From contig CAUSUW010000002.1 of the NCBI GenBank assembly GCA_963535095.1, forward strand, positions 4,863 to 68,862: a stretch of 64,000 nt of DNA, written 5' to 3'. A model generated the notes under the pieces. That model made no database searches and was not told where the DNA came from. It saw only the letters and a list, made by a program, of their open reading frames with translations. Each line of letters opens with the position of its first letter. Position 1 is the stretch's first letter. The stretch comes from an uncultured Gemella sp. GTDB taxonomy: Bacteria > Bacillota > Bacilli > Staphylococcales > Gemellaceae. Of this stretch, positions 37,606 through 52,018 are shown piece by piece. Position numbers and translations under genes: made by a program.

Positions 37606-38938
37606 AATTAAGAAACTTTCATTCTTTCCATTTAAAAAGGTATCTTTAACTTTTAAAATAACATTGTGGTATACAACATTTATAGTTTTACTAATAGGAT
37701 CACTGATAGTTGGGACATTTTTAGTTAGTGATAGTGTTGTAGAGAGTGGGGCTAAAAAAAAGTTAATAGAAGAGGTAACGGAAATTTCAAGTGGTAAGGA
37801 TAAGTTTACTCCATTTGAAGATGGTGTTACATTATCTGTATATGATAAAGATGGTAACCTTGTTGCAGGATCGGTGCCTAGAAATTTTAAAGTAAATGAT
37901 TTTAGTCTTGGGGCTATTTCTGAGTATAAAGATGTAAACCATAATAAATATTTATATTATGATTTAGAAACCAGTTCAGCTAGATTAGGCAATGGGAAAT
38001 ATGTAAGAGGTATTGTTCAAGTTACCAATAATATTAATGGTTGGATATTGCCTATAATAATTAGTATTGGTAGTCCGTTTATTATAATGATAATAATGTA
38101 TGGCGGATATTTAATTATTAGGAGTTCTTTGAAACCTGTAAGAGATATGACAGAAACAGCTGAGGTTATTGCAAATAGCAATGATTTAAGTAAGAGGATA
38201 AATATAGAGGAAGGAACTGATGAAGTTCACAAGTTAGGTAAAATTTTTAATGAGATGTTAGAAACTTTAGAAAATTCATCAAAAAGAGAACGCCAATTTA
38301 GTTCGGATGTATCGCACGAACTCCGAACACCAATTTCTGTAATAATGGCAGAAAGTGAATATGGTGCGAAATATACGGATTCTATAGAAGATGCGAAAGA
38401 ATCGTTTGATGTAATTGAAAGACAGAGTAAGAGAATGACATCTATGATTAATCAGATTTTAGAATTATCTAGACTAGATAGTCGTTTGGAAATCCCGAAA
38501 CAAGAACTTAAACTATCTGATAAGATTAGCCATACATTAGAGGATTATAAAATTCTATTTGATAATAAAAATATAAAGTTGTCTATGAATATAGAAGAAA
38601 ATATATCAATCTCTGCAAATGAAGCTTTGATTATGCGTATGATAGATAATTTATTGTCAAACGCTTTAAAATACGCTGAAACGGAAGTGACAGTTTGTTT
38701 AGCTAGGAGAAATAGAATAATTCTTGAAGTTGCTGATGATGGTATTGGAATAAGTGATGATGAGAAAAAACTTGTTTGGAACAGATTTTATAAAGTAGAT
38801 AAATCAAGAACAACGACTGAAGATAATTCTTCAGGATTAGGTTTGTCTATTACTCAAAAAATAGTAGAATTGCATGATGGTAAAATAGCAGTTCTAGATA
38901 ATAAGCCAAAAGGAACAAGATTTGTAGTGAATCTTTAA
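37595..38938 (+). CDS. HAMP-domain sensor histidine kinase
   Basis: Two TMs, HAMP, SHELRTP, NLLSNALKY, DDGIGI, GLGL. Confidence 0.93.
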   Translation: MLNKIKKLSFFPFKKVSLTFKITLWYTTFIVLLIGSLIVGTFLVSDSVVESGAKKKLIEEVTEISSGKDKFTPFEDGVTLSVYDKDGNLVAGSVPRNFKVNDFSLGAISEYKDVNHNKYLYYDLETSSARLGNGKYVRGIVQVTNNINGWILPIIISIGSPFIIMIIMYGGYLIIRSSLKPVRDMTETAEVIANSNDLSKRINIEEGTDEVHKLGKIFNEMLETLENSSKRERQFSSDVSHELRTPISVIMAESEYGAKYTDSIEDAKESFDVIERQSKRMTSMINQILELSRLDSRLEIPKQELKLSDKISHTLEDYKILFDNKNIKLSMNIEENISISANEALIMRMIDNLLSNALKYAETEVTVCLARRNRIILEVADDGIGISDDEKKLVWNRFYKVDKSRTTTEDNSSGLGLSITQKIVELHDGKIAVLDNKPKGTRFVVNL

Positions 38939-39013
38939 GAATAATGAAGGCACACCTTTAAAATAAGAAGGTGTGCTTTTTATATAATGGAAAGTCATAT
39001 CTAATAAAAATAT

Positions 39014-39225
39014 AATAATAAAAATATCAAAAGAGATAAATAAAAGTGAAATTTTCATTTAAGATTCATAAAACAAAGATATAATAAAAATATCAAAAGA
39101 GTCGAGCAAAAATGAAATCTTCATTTAAGATTCATAAAACAAAGATATAATAAAAATATCAAAAGAGTCGAGTAAAAATGAAATCTTCATTTAACGTTCA
39201 TAAAAGAAATGTATAATAAAAATAT
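39014..39225 (+). repeat. About 3 tandem copies of a 66-bp promoter unit with OmpR-type direct repeat
   Basis: TTCATTTAAnnTTCAT at 39054, 39120, 39186, each followed by TATAAT. Confidence 0.85.
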
Positions 39226-39248
39226 AAAGAAAAAGAGGAAATAGAAAA

Positions 39249-39875
39249 ATGACAAAAAATATTAATAATAAAGAGATTGAAACACTAGAAGGAGTTTATG
39301 AAGAAACAATGTATAACAATAATCAATATAATGAACAACCCCAAAAAACAAAAAGAAACTTTTTAAAACCATTAATTATTGGAGCATTAGCCGTAGTAGT
39401 AACAGGTGGAGTTGGAGCATATGCATACGATAAGTATGAAACATCACAAAGAGTCAAGATCCAAGAAGCATATTCGAATGTAAAGATGAATGTTGGACAG
39501 CAAACAAATCAAAATAATAATAACGGAAACAATAACAATAATAGTAACAATGCTGATAATGGTTCAAACAGTAATTCACAAAATGATAACCAGTCTTCAA
39601 ATGTTCAAAATAATAATATCAACAATCAACAAAATGTGCAAAATGCAAAATCACAACAAGAAATTCGCTCTATAGTAGCACAAGCAATTTCAACTCCAGA
39701 ACAAAATATTAATTTTGTAAAAATCAGACCTGAATATGAGGATGATTACGCAGTTCAAAATAATGGAGTACCTCTATACGTTTATGATATAGAAGCACGT
39801 GCAAATGGATTAGAATATGATGTGGTAGTAGATGCTGTATCAGGGAAAGTATTAAAAGTAGAAATTGACAATTAA
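39249..39875 (+). CDS. Membrane-anchored PepSY-domain protein (copy 1)
   Basis: TM segment, Asn-rich linker, C-terminal YDIE....EYDVVVDAVSGKVL. Confidence 0.85.
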   Translation: MTKNINNKEIETLEGVYEETMYNNNQYNEQPQKTKRNFLKPLIIGALAVVVTGGVGAYAYDKYETSQRVKIQEAYSNVKMNVGQQTNQNNNNGNNNNNSNNADNGSNSNSQNDNQSSNVQNNNINNQQNVQNAKSQQEIRSIVAQAISTPEQNINFVKIRPEYEDDYAVQNNGVPLYVYDIEARANGLEYDVVVDAVSGKVLKVEIDN

Positions 39876-39905
39876 AAGTAGTAAAAAGAAAAAGAGGTAA
39901 ATAAA

Positions 39906-40532
39906 ATGACTAAAAAAATTAACAATAATGAGATTGAAACACTAGAAGGAGTTTACGAAGAAACAATGAATAGCAATAATCAATATAATGAACAACCAAA
40001 AAAAGCAAAGAGAAACTTTTTAAAACCATTAATAATTGGAGCGTTAGCTGTAGTAGTAACAGGTGGAGTAGGTGCATATGCATACGACAAGTATGAAACA
40101 GCACAAAGAGCTAAGATTCAAGAAGCGTATTCGAATGTAAAGATGAATGTTGGACAGCAAACAAATCAAAATAACAATAACGGAAACAATAACAATAATA
40201 GTAATAATGGTGATAATGGTTCAAACAGTAATTCGAAAAATGATAACCAATCTTCAAATGTTCAAAATAATAATATTAACACTCAACAAAATGTACAAAA
40301 CGCAAAATCACCACAAGAAATTCGTTCTATAGTAGCACAAGCAATTTCAACGTCAGAACAAAATATTAATTTTGTAAAAATTAAACCTGAGTATGAGGGT
40401 GACTATGCAGTTCAAAATAATGGAGTTCCTTTATATGTTTATGAAGTAGAAGCACGTGCTAACGGATTAGAATATGATGTGGTAGTTGATGCTGTGTCAG
40501 GAAAAGTTTTAAAAGTAGAAATAGATAACTAA
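39906..40532 (+). CDS. Membrane-anchored PepSY-domain protein (copy 2)
   Basis: Near-identical tandem paralog of 39249-39875. Confidence 0.85.
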   Translation: MTKKINNNEIETLEGVYEETMNSNNQYNEQPKKAKRNFLKPLIIGALAVVVTGGVGAYAYDKYETAQRAKIQEAYSNVKMNVGQQTNQNNNNGNNNNNSNNGDNGSNSNSKNDNQSSNVQNNNINTQQNVQNAKSPQEIRSIVAQAISTSEQNINFVKIKPEYEGDYAVQNNGVPLYVYEVEARANGLEYDVVVDAVSGKVLKVEIDN

Positions 40533-40639
40533 AAAAATAAACTGATAGTCTAGAAATAATATCTAGATTATCAGTTTTCTTTTTTTAGAAGAGGGTTTTT
40601 CATATAAATTAAATGATGGTTTCTCTTTTAAATGTTTAT

Positions 40640-41167
40640 TTATTTTTTGTTATTGTTATAAATATAATATCCAATGAAAATAGCGACTATTAAATATAAA
40701 TTAAAGTTAGGGTTGGCAATATAAAATAGCATTGCCTTATATGATAGACGCATTAGTAATCCTTGGATAATTGATGGTGCAAAAAGTAAAACTAGGATTA
40801 TAGAATTATCCATCTTCCTTGCTAATAATATTATAAAAATTAATATTAGCAGAAGAATTAGCATTGCTAAATATCTATTTACAATAATATTAAATGCAGT
40901 TGGAAATTTGAAAGGATTAAAAAATATCAATAAAGTAATTACTAATACCAATATTGTAATTATAGTATTCTTAGTGCGCTCATCAAGTTTGCTTTTACTA
41001 GTATACATGAAAATATAGTTTAAATAAAATCCACCGAAAATTAAGACTCCAACAACAGCAGCTTCTAATAAATTTAAAGCCATAAAGGGATTAGCCAATA
41101 TTGGTGACAGATAAAAAAGTACATATATACCAGTTGCTATTAGTAAATTACGTTTAAAAATTGTCAT
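40640..41167 (-). CDS. Hypothetical membrane protein
   Basis: Multi-TM ORF with AAGGAG RBS. Confidence 0.65.
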   Translation of the reverse strand: MTIFKRNLLIATGIYVLFYLSPILANPFMALNLLEAAVVGVLIFGGFYLNYIFMYTSKSKLDERTKNTIITILVLVITLLIFFNPFKFPTAFNIIVNRYLAMLILLLILIFIILLARKMDNSIILVLLFAPSIIQGLLMRLSYKAMLFYIANPNFNLYLIVAIFIGYYIYNNNKK

Positions 41168-41180
41168 ATGATCTCCTTAT

Positions 41181-41498
41181 TTATTTTATTAATACAGTTA
41201 AAGCATAGGCAACAAAAGAAAATACTATTATAAGAAGTATTAAAACTAAGGCACTTGAATTAAAAATGAAAAACAGTGGTAGAGCCAAAGCAATACTTAG
41301 AAGAGGAGTATAAATTGTTCTTTGTATAAAATATGTTACCAATAGTGTAACCGCGAATGATGAAAATCCATAAGTTAAAATCAAAATAAAGCCAGCTTTA
41401 TCACTAGTTCCATTATAAAATTTCAAAAAAAGTAGGGGAACAATATAGTATAAAATACTAGTGAGTAAAAATATCCCCAAAATTGTTTTTCTTTGCAT
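41181..41498 (-). CDS. Hypothetical membrane protein
   Basis: Hydrophobic ORF with GGAG RBS. Confidence 0.65.
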   Translation of the reverse strand: MQRKTILGIFLLTSILYYIVPLLFLKFYNGTSDKAGFILILTYGFSSFAVTLLVTYFIQRTIYTPLLSIALALPLFFIFNSSALVLILLIIVFSFVAYALTVLIK

Positions 41499-41683
41499 GA
41501 TAAAATCTCCATAAATATTGTTTATATTATTGTAATATTTTATGTAGTATAAGTCTAGTGATATAACAAAACTAATAAAAAAATATTTATTGAATCGAGT
41601 GAAATATTTTCGGATATCCCTTGTTAAAATGAAATAATTAGAGTAAAATAAATATAATAATAATACAAAGGAGAACTATAATT

Positions 41684-42313
41684 ATGTCAAAAGTTCATGT
41701 TTTTGATCATCCATTGATCCAACATAAATTATCTTTTATTAGAGATAAAAGAACGGGTTCTAAAGACTTTAGACAACTTACTAACGAAGTAGGTTCTTTA
41801 ATGGCTTATGAAATCACTCGTGATCTTCCGCTTGAGGATGTTGAAGTGGAAACTCCAATCCAAACTACTACTTGTAAACGTCTTGCAGGTAAGAAAGTTG
41901 TATTCGTTCCAATTCTACGTGCAGGATTAGGAATGGTAGATGGATTAATGAATTTAATCCCATCTGCGAGAGTAGGTCACGTTGGACTATATCGTGATCC
42001 AGAAACTCTACAACCACATGAGTATTTTGTTAAAATACCTAGCAATCCAGAAGAACGTCACTTTATAGTTGTTGACCCAATGTTAGCAACTGGAGGTTCA
42101 GCAATTGCAGCAATTGACTCACTTAAACAACGTGGTGTTACTGATATTAAATTTATGTGTTTAATAGCAGCTCCAGAAGGTGTAAAAGCATTACACGATG
42201 CACACCCAGACGTAGATATTTTCATCGCTGGTCTAGATGAAAAACTAAATGATCACGGATACATTGTACCAGGATTAGGGGATGCTGGAGACAGAATCTT
42301 CGGAACTAAATAG
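41684..42313 (+). CDS. upp: Uracil phosphoribosyltransferase
   Basis: [36 protein letters not shown]. Confidence 0.97.
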   Translation: MSKVHVFDHPLIQHKLSFIRDKRTGSKDFRQLTNEVGSLMAYEITRDLPLEDVEVETPIQTTTCKRLAGKKVVFVPILRAGLGMVDGLMNLIPSARVGHVGLYRDPETLQPHEYFVKIPSNPEERHFIVVDPMLATGGSAIAAIDSLKQRGVTDIKFMCLIAAPEGVKALHDAHPDVDIFIAGLDEKLNDHGYIVPGLGDAGDRIFGTK

Positions 42314-42479
42314 AACTAAATAATAGTAGATTATTTTTAATTAAATCATATAAAATTTAAGAAATCGCTAGCAAATATTATAAAATCATATTATAATATG
42401 ATTATGTATTTCTAATTTTTTATATTACAACAGATTTAGAAATCTAAAAGTTACTTAAGAAAAGAGGTGAGGGGAATAT

Positions 42480-43208
42480 ATGGAAAAACACACATATCTT
42501 ATTACCAAATTATTTGGCTATGATATAACGGTTAATATTCCTAGTGTAATCACAACTTTAATAACAGTATTACTTACCTTTGTTATTGTGATGTTTCTAA
42601 CTAGTAGAATAAAATTAAGACCAGATAGTAAACGTCAAAATGCGGTTGAATTACTTGCGTATTTCGTTAGTGATAATGTCATCAAAGGTAATGTTAACTG
42701 GAAAAAATATGGTAAAGGATTATGGGCAACAGCTCTAACAATTATTTCACTTGTTGCAGTAGCAAATACTATAGGTGTATTAATAGAAGTTAGTTACAAT
42801 GGAGTAGTTTATGTCAACTCTGTAACTGCGGATCCAACATTTACTTTCTCTCTTGCATTATTAGTGATTGTCTTTACTCATTTTGCAGGAATTAAGTATA
42901 AAGGAGTTAAACACTATTTTGGTACATATACTTCTTCAGGTATAGGTATTACACCATTTAAAGTTATTGAAGAATTCACAAACTTGATGACTTTTTCAAT
43001 GCGTTTATTCGGTAATATCTATGCAGGTGAAATATTATTAGCACTATTAGCAACTCTTACAACAGTAGGATTCTTTGGTGCAATAGCTGGTATGGCAGGA
43101 CTAGTAGTATGGAAAGGATTCTCTCTATTTATAGGATTTATCCAAGCATATATCTTTACTGTCTTAACATTCATTTATTTATCACATAAAATTAGTGATG
43201 AACATTAA
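42480..43208 (+). CDS. atpB: ATP synthase F0 subunit a
   Basis: MRLFGNIYAGE, IQAYIF. Confidence 0.95.
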   Translation: MEKHTYLITKLFGYDITVNIPSVITTLITVLLTFVIVMFLTSRIKLRPDSKRQNAVELLAYFVSDNVIKGNVNWKKYGKGLWATALTIISLVAVANTIGVLIEVSYNGVVYVNSVTADPTFTFSLALLVIVFTHFAGIKYKGVKHYFGTYTSSGIGITPFKVIEEFTNLMTFSMRLFGNIYAGEILLALLATLTTVGFFGAIAGMAGLVVWKGFSLFIGFIQAYIFTVLTFIYLSHKISDEH

Positions 43209-43217
43209 TCTTTTTAA

Positions 43218-43502
<285 letters not shown>

Positions 43503-43555
43503 TTTAGTATAATACTGTAAACAAAAGAACTATGAAGAATAGGAGCATTTAGTAA

Positions 43556-44080
43556 ATGGAAAATTTAGTATTTTTAGCTACTGAACACTCTTCTCATCAA
43601 GGTTTTAATCTAGGAAATATGGCTATTAACATTGTAGCTGTATTAATCTTATTAGTATTACTGAAAAAATTTGCTTGGGACAAACTTATTGATATGTTAG
43701 ATGAGCGTCAAAAATTAGTTGAAGGTCAACTTGATGATGCAGCTAAAAATCAAAAAGAAGCTTTAATTTTACTTGAAGAAAATCAAGAAAAATTAAAAAA
43801 TGCGCAACAAGAAATTAAAGTTATGATGGAAGATGCTCGTGAACAATCTAAGATTGAAAAACAAGCTATTCTTGAAGAAGCTCGCAAACAAGCAGAACAA
43901 TTAAAAGTAAATGCTCAAAGAGATATTGAGGATGAGAAGAAAAGAGCGCTTGAAGAAATCAACAGACAAATTGCTGATTTATCAGTGCTTGTAGCTTCGA
44001 AAATTTTAGAAAAAGAATTAGATGACTCAACACAAAGTGAATATGTTGATAAAGTCATTAAAGAGGTAGGGGTGAAATAA
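43556..44080 (+). CDS. atpF: ATP synthase F0 subunit b
   Basis: N-terminal TM with KKFAW, coiled coil; operon position. Confidence 0.93.
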   Translation: MENLVFLATEHSSHQGFNLGNMAINIVAVLILLVLLKKFAWDKLIDMLDERQKLVEGQLDDAAKNQKEALILLEENQEKLKNAQQEIKVMMEDAREQSKIEKQAILEEARKQAEQLKVNAQRDIEDEKKRALEEINRQIADLSVLVASKILEKELDDSTQSEYVDKVIKEVGVK

Positions 44081-44619
44081 TGAGTAAGTCAGTATTAGCT
44101 AATAAAATTGGATATTCATTATTTGAAGTTGCAAAAGAAAATAACGCATTAGAACAAGTAGCTAATGAGTTACCAGAAGTTGCAAAAGTTATTAATGGAA
44201 ACTCTGATTTTGTTACATTGATGAACAACCCTAATTTAGAAAAAATAAAAAAAATTAACTTGATTGATGCATCATTTGCAGGAGTAAATAAAAATGTTGT
44301 GAATGTTGTTAAAATCTTAGCAGGTAATCTGCAAATCTCATTAATTAATTTCGTTTTAGAACAATATACTGAATTGTTTAATAAATATTCAAGAAATGTT
44401 GTTGTGAAAGCTGAATCAGCTTCACCTTTAACTGAAGAACAGTTAGAAAATCTAAAAGAAAAAATTAAAAATGAGTTACAACTAGAAAATGTAGAAATTA
44501 ATAATTTTGTAGATGCAAGTCTTCTAGGTGGTTTAAAACTTACTTATAATAACAAAGTAGTTGATGCTACTATTAAGGCTAAATTGAATGCTATAAAATC
44601 AAAAATTTCTTCAATCTAG
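44080..44619 (+). CDS. atpH: ATP synthase F1 subunit delta
   Basis: VDASLLGG...VVDATI; operon position. Confidence 0.92.
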   Translation: MSKSVLANKIGYSLFEVAKENNALEQVANELPEVAKVINGNSDFVTLMNNPNLEKIKKINLIDASFAGVNKNVVNVVKILAGNLQISLINFVLEQYTELFNKYSRNVVVKAESASPLTEEQLENLKEKIKNELQLENVEINNFVDASLLGGLKLTYNNKVVDATIKAKLNAIKSKISSI

Positions 44620-44646
44620 AAGAAGTTGAAACAAGGAGGGACATAA

Positions 44647-46149
<1,503 letters not shown>

Positions 46150-46183
46150 GATGATAAGTAGTAGAGTAAAGGTGGTGAACTAA

Positions 46184-47056
<873 letters not shown>

Positions 47057-47080
47057 TAATGAGAAAGGAGAAGCTATTAA

Positions 47081-48511
<1,431 letters not shown>

Positions 48512-48531
48512 TACAAATAGGAGGTAAATAA

Positions 48532-48939
48532 ATGAATACTTTAAGTGTAAGCATTGTTACTCCTAATGGAGAAGCTTATAGCGCAAAAGAGGCTTCTATG
48601 GTTGTATTAGGGACTACAAGTGGACAAGTTGGGGTAATGGCTAACCACGTTCCAATGGTTGCATCATTAAAAGTTGGACCATTAAAAGTAGTTTTCCCTG
48701 ATGGCAGAGAAGAATATTTAGCTGTAAGCGAAGGATTTGTGGAAACACATAAAGGCGAAGTAACTATTATAGTTCAAACAGCAGAATTAGGTAAAGATAT
48801 CGATATTGAACGTGCTAAAAGAGCGTTACAACGTGCAGAAGATCGTCTTGCTAAAAAAGAAGATGGTCTTGATGTAAGACGTGCGGAATTAGCTTTAGCT
48901 AAAGCTTGTGCTCGTCTGAAGGTAGCTGAACAATTATAA
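48532..48939 (+). CDS. atpC: ATP synthase F1 subunit epsilon
   Basis: IVTPNG, GVMANH.P, DIDIERA. Confidence 0.95.
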   Translation: MNTLSVSIVTPNGEAYSAKEASMVVLGTTSGQVGVMANHVPMVASLKVGPLKVVFPDGREEYLAVSEGFVETHKGEVTIIVQTAELGKDIDIERAKRALQRAEDRLAKKEDGLDVRRAELALAKACARLKVAEQL

Positions 48940-48940
48940 G

Positions 48941-48979
48941 AAAAAATGTAGTTCATATTTATTATGGACTACATTTTTT
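48941..48979 (+). terminator. Terminator after atp operon
   Basis: AAAAAATGTAGTTCATA...TATGGACTACATTTTTT. Confidence 0.75.
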
Positions 48980-49086
48980 CTTATATACTTAGATGAATCA
49001 TGTTATAATTTAAAATTTACAAAGAAATAAAACCTCGGAATTTAGGTTTCATAATAGAAACTTATTTCCGAGGTTATATATTTCAA

Positions 49087-51789
49087 TTAATTATTTTTTC
49101 TACGTTTTAATAATCCAACTATAGCAAGAAGTGATAGTCCAATTGCAGTTAGAGATTTACCAGTAGTTTCACCAGTTTTTGGAAGAGTTTTTGGTGCATT
49201 AGTAGGAGTTGAGTTTGCTCCTCTAGTGTCAATTATTGTGAATTTCTTCTCTTCTTGAACGGCTGATGAATTAATATCTTTTTCGCTTGAAGCTAAAGCT
49301 GTTTTAATTTTAGCAACAATAGCAAATTTACTAAAGTGATTAACCGTAAATTGTAAACTATTGTTAGTTACAGATGAAGGAACAAATTCAATAGAATTAT
49401 CTTCTTTAATATGATAAACAAGTATATCTTTGTTTTGTTCATTTTGAAGTAAAGCAACTTTTACTGTTCTTGGAACATCAAGTTTTACTGTTGTATTATC
49501 TTTTTGTAATTCTAAATCTACAACTCTAATTGATGTAATATCTTTTTTGTCTTTAATGCTATTGTTGGCATCTGCAACAACTTTATCTTTTAGATTTTCT
49601 AAGTTTACATTTTTAGTGATATCTTTGGCAGATAAAGTTAAATCTTTATTATCTGTAGAGTATAAATCAACATTTATATCTTTATTATCTGTAGAGTATA
49701 AATCAACATTTATATCTTTATCTTTTGATTTAATAGTCACAGTAACTGTATTGTTGTTAATGTTTAGTTCTGGTAATTCTGAAACAACAGGAGCGTCAGA
49801 AGGAACATTTACTTCTGCAACATTTCCATCTTTATCAATAACTACTTTATTACCATTTTCAGAAAGACCATCGATTTTACCAGTGAAAGGTTTAAGAGCA
49901 TCAGCTACAGGAGCATCAGAAGGAACTGAATATTCATATTTTGTACCATATTCATTTTCTCTAACTTTATTTCCATTTTCAGAAACAACCGTGTTTCTGA
50001 CACTTGGATGCATCACAAATTGATTGTTATCTTGGAATAATTGTCCTATTTCAAGAAGTATTTTTTCTGAATTGTTTTTAGCTGCGAACATAACTCCAAG
50101 AGGAAGGTTATTTTCACTCTTATAAACAGGTAATGATATTGACGGATTACCTGTTAAGTTGAATAACCATGTAAATGGTGTTCTTCTCATCATAGGTTCC
50201 CATTGTTTAACTAGTAGATTGAATCTTTCTTTTGGATCTTTTATCTTATTAATATTATAAAGTTGTTCTTCAACTTTTGGATCAACATAAGGATCTACTT
50301 TTTTATCATTTGATGGTGCTGTTACCGCATTAGTAGCCATTAAGAATAAATCATATTTTTTGTAGAATTCATTCATTTGGTTAGCATATATTGTTGGGTT
50401 TTTAGCAGAAGACACATCAGTGTTTGCAGTTTTCCCTTTATATGAAGATGTACCTAAAGCATAAGTTGCTGGATCTAAATCACGTTTGTTTTTTTCTTTA
50501 GCTAAGTTCGCTGCCGCAGTATACCCGCCACCAATTGCACCTATTGTATATGTTCTAATACCTTCATAACCATCAATAGGGAATTCATTTACTTCTTCAA
50601 CAGTGAACCCTTGTTTTCTTAGGAAATCAACAGCTTTAAGAACTGCTTTTTTACCATCTTCACTTAATTCAACATCTTTTAATGGTGTTTTTAAAGAATA
50701 AGCAATTTTAAGTGATTTTAAGTCCTTAGGAACTTCTAATAATGTTTTTGGTTTATTAATTTTTGTTTTGTCAAAATAAGTTTTGGCATCTTCAATAGTT
50801 TTTACTAATGGGAATTTAACCACGTGCCCAGTTGGTTTTAAACCGATTAACCCAGTCCATGAGGCAGGAATACGAATTGATCCACCTGCATCACTACCAC
50901 TCGCAATTGATACCATACCACTAGCTACAGCTCCAGCACTTCCTCCTGAAGATCCTCCAGTGTTACGACTAGGATCCCAAGGGTTACCAGCAGGTCCAAA
51001 TAATTTAGAGTCAGTAATATTTCTAGTTCCAAATTCAGGGTAGTTAGTTTGTCCAAGGATAACAAAACCTAGTTTTGCAAATTCTTTCGCAACAGCTCCA
51101 CTTACTGAAGATGTTTTACCTTTATTTAAATACACACCGTAAGAAGAATCTCCGTTTTTCAGAGGATCTAATCCTTTAATTAATGTAGGAACACCTAAGA
51201 ATGGTTGTTCATCCCAATTTACAGGATTAGCAGCTAGTTTTCCTGCGCTAATACGATTGTCTATTTCTTTAGCAGCTTTATATGCTTCTTCAACAATAGC
51301 ATGGGGAATCTTACCATTTTCTGTAGTAAGAACAGCATTTAACTTAGGATTTTCTTCTTCTATAACTTTATAAGCTAAGTCAACAAGTTCTGTACTTGTA
51401 ACTTTTTTCTCTCGGATTAGTTTCGCAAGCTCTAACGCACTTTTTTGTTTATATTCAGCTACAGTGAATGGAATTGTTGGTTTAGCAACTTCCTTGTTTT
51501 CAACACTAGCACTGTTTGTTGATTCATTGTTACTAGAAGTGGGGGCTACAGCATTAACTGGAGAAGTAGAACTAGTAGATGGTGTTACAACTGCATTATT
51601 AGTAGCATTGTTATCAGTGCTACTTACAGCAGTAGTTTTTTCGCTAGTACTAACTGTATTACTCACATTTGAAGGTGCTGTAGTTTTATCTTCATTAGCT
51701 TTAGCTTGATTATCGTTAGCTAATACTGGAAATAATGTTGCAGCTGCAAAGGCAGGTATAAGTACATATTTAATCTTATTTTTTTTCAT
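49087..51789 (-). CDS. Cell-wall-anchored amidase-signature family protein (LPKTG)
   Basis: Signal peptide, S/T-rich linker, GGSSGGS and GSDAGGSIRIP, LPKTG + TM + basic tail. Confidence 0.88.
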   Translation of the reverse strand: MKKNKIKYVLIPAFAAATLFPVLANDNQAKANEDKTTAPSNVSNTVSTSEKTTAVSSTDNNATNNAVVTPSTSSTSPVNAVAPTSSNNESTNSASVENKEVAKPTIPFTVAEYKQKSALELAKLIREKKVTSTELVDLAYKVIEEENPKLNAVLTTENGKIPHAIVEEAYKAAKEIDNRISAGKLAANPVNWDEQPFLGVPTLIKGLDPLKNGDSSYGVYLNKGKTSSVSGAVAKEFAKLGFVILGQTNYPEFGTRNITDSKLFGPAGNPWDPSRNTGGSSGGSAGAVASGMVSIASGSDAGGSIRIPASWTGLIGLKPTGHVVKFPLVKTIEDAKTYFDKTKINKPKTLLEVPKDLKSLKIAYSLKTPLKDVELSEDGKKAVLKAVDFLRKQGFTVEEVNEFPIDGYEGIRTYTIGAIGGGYTAAANLAKEKNKRDLDPATYALGTSSYKGKTANTDVSSAKNPTIYANQMNEFYKKYDLFLMATNAVTAPSNDKKVDPYVDPKVEEQLYNINKIKDPKERFNLLVKQWEPMMRRTPFTWLFNLTGNPSISLPVYKSENNLPLGVMFAAKNNSEKILLEIGQLFQDNNQFVMHPSVRNTVVSENGNKVRENEYGTKYEYSVPSDAPVADALKPFTGKIDGLSENGNKVVIDKDGNVAEVNVPSDAPVVSELPELNINNNTVTVTIKSKDKDINVDLYSTDNKDINVDLYSTDNKDLTLSAKDITKNVNLENLKDKVVADANNSIKDKKDITSIRVVDLELQKDNTTVKLDVPRTVKVALLQNEQNKDILVYHIKEDNSIEFVPSSVTNNSLQFTVNHFSKFAIVAKIKTALASSEKDINSSAVQEEKKFTIIDTRGANSTPTNAPKTLPKTGETTGKSLTAIGLSLLAIVGLLKRRKNN
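49642..49721. repeat. In-frame 36-bp tandem duplication (KDINVDLYSTDN x2)
   Basis: ATCTTTATTATCTGTAGAGTATAAATCAACATTTAT repeated exactly. Confidence 0.9.
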
Positions 51790-52018
51790 TTTTAGCTCCT
51801 ATTTTAAATAATGATTTAAGCCTTGAAAAAGCTTTCTACATACCATTATACTCCGATACCGATTATCAATCAAGAAAATAATTTGATGAAATGAAAAAAT
51901 ATTATTATGGTTTTCTTTTAATTAAGATTATATAAAGATTAGGGGAAAATATATTTTTTGGAAAATAAAATAAATACGGTCAATTATAGGAATCAACCGT
52001 ATTTATATTAATTTAATA

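Noticed and set aside
39014..39225. CRISPR-like array
   Set aside because: Units are near-identical end to end with no unique spacers; they contain promoter elements.
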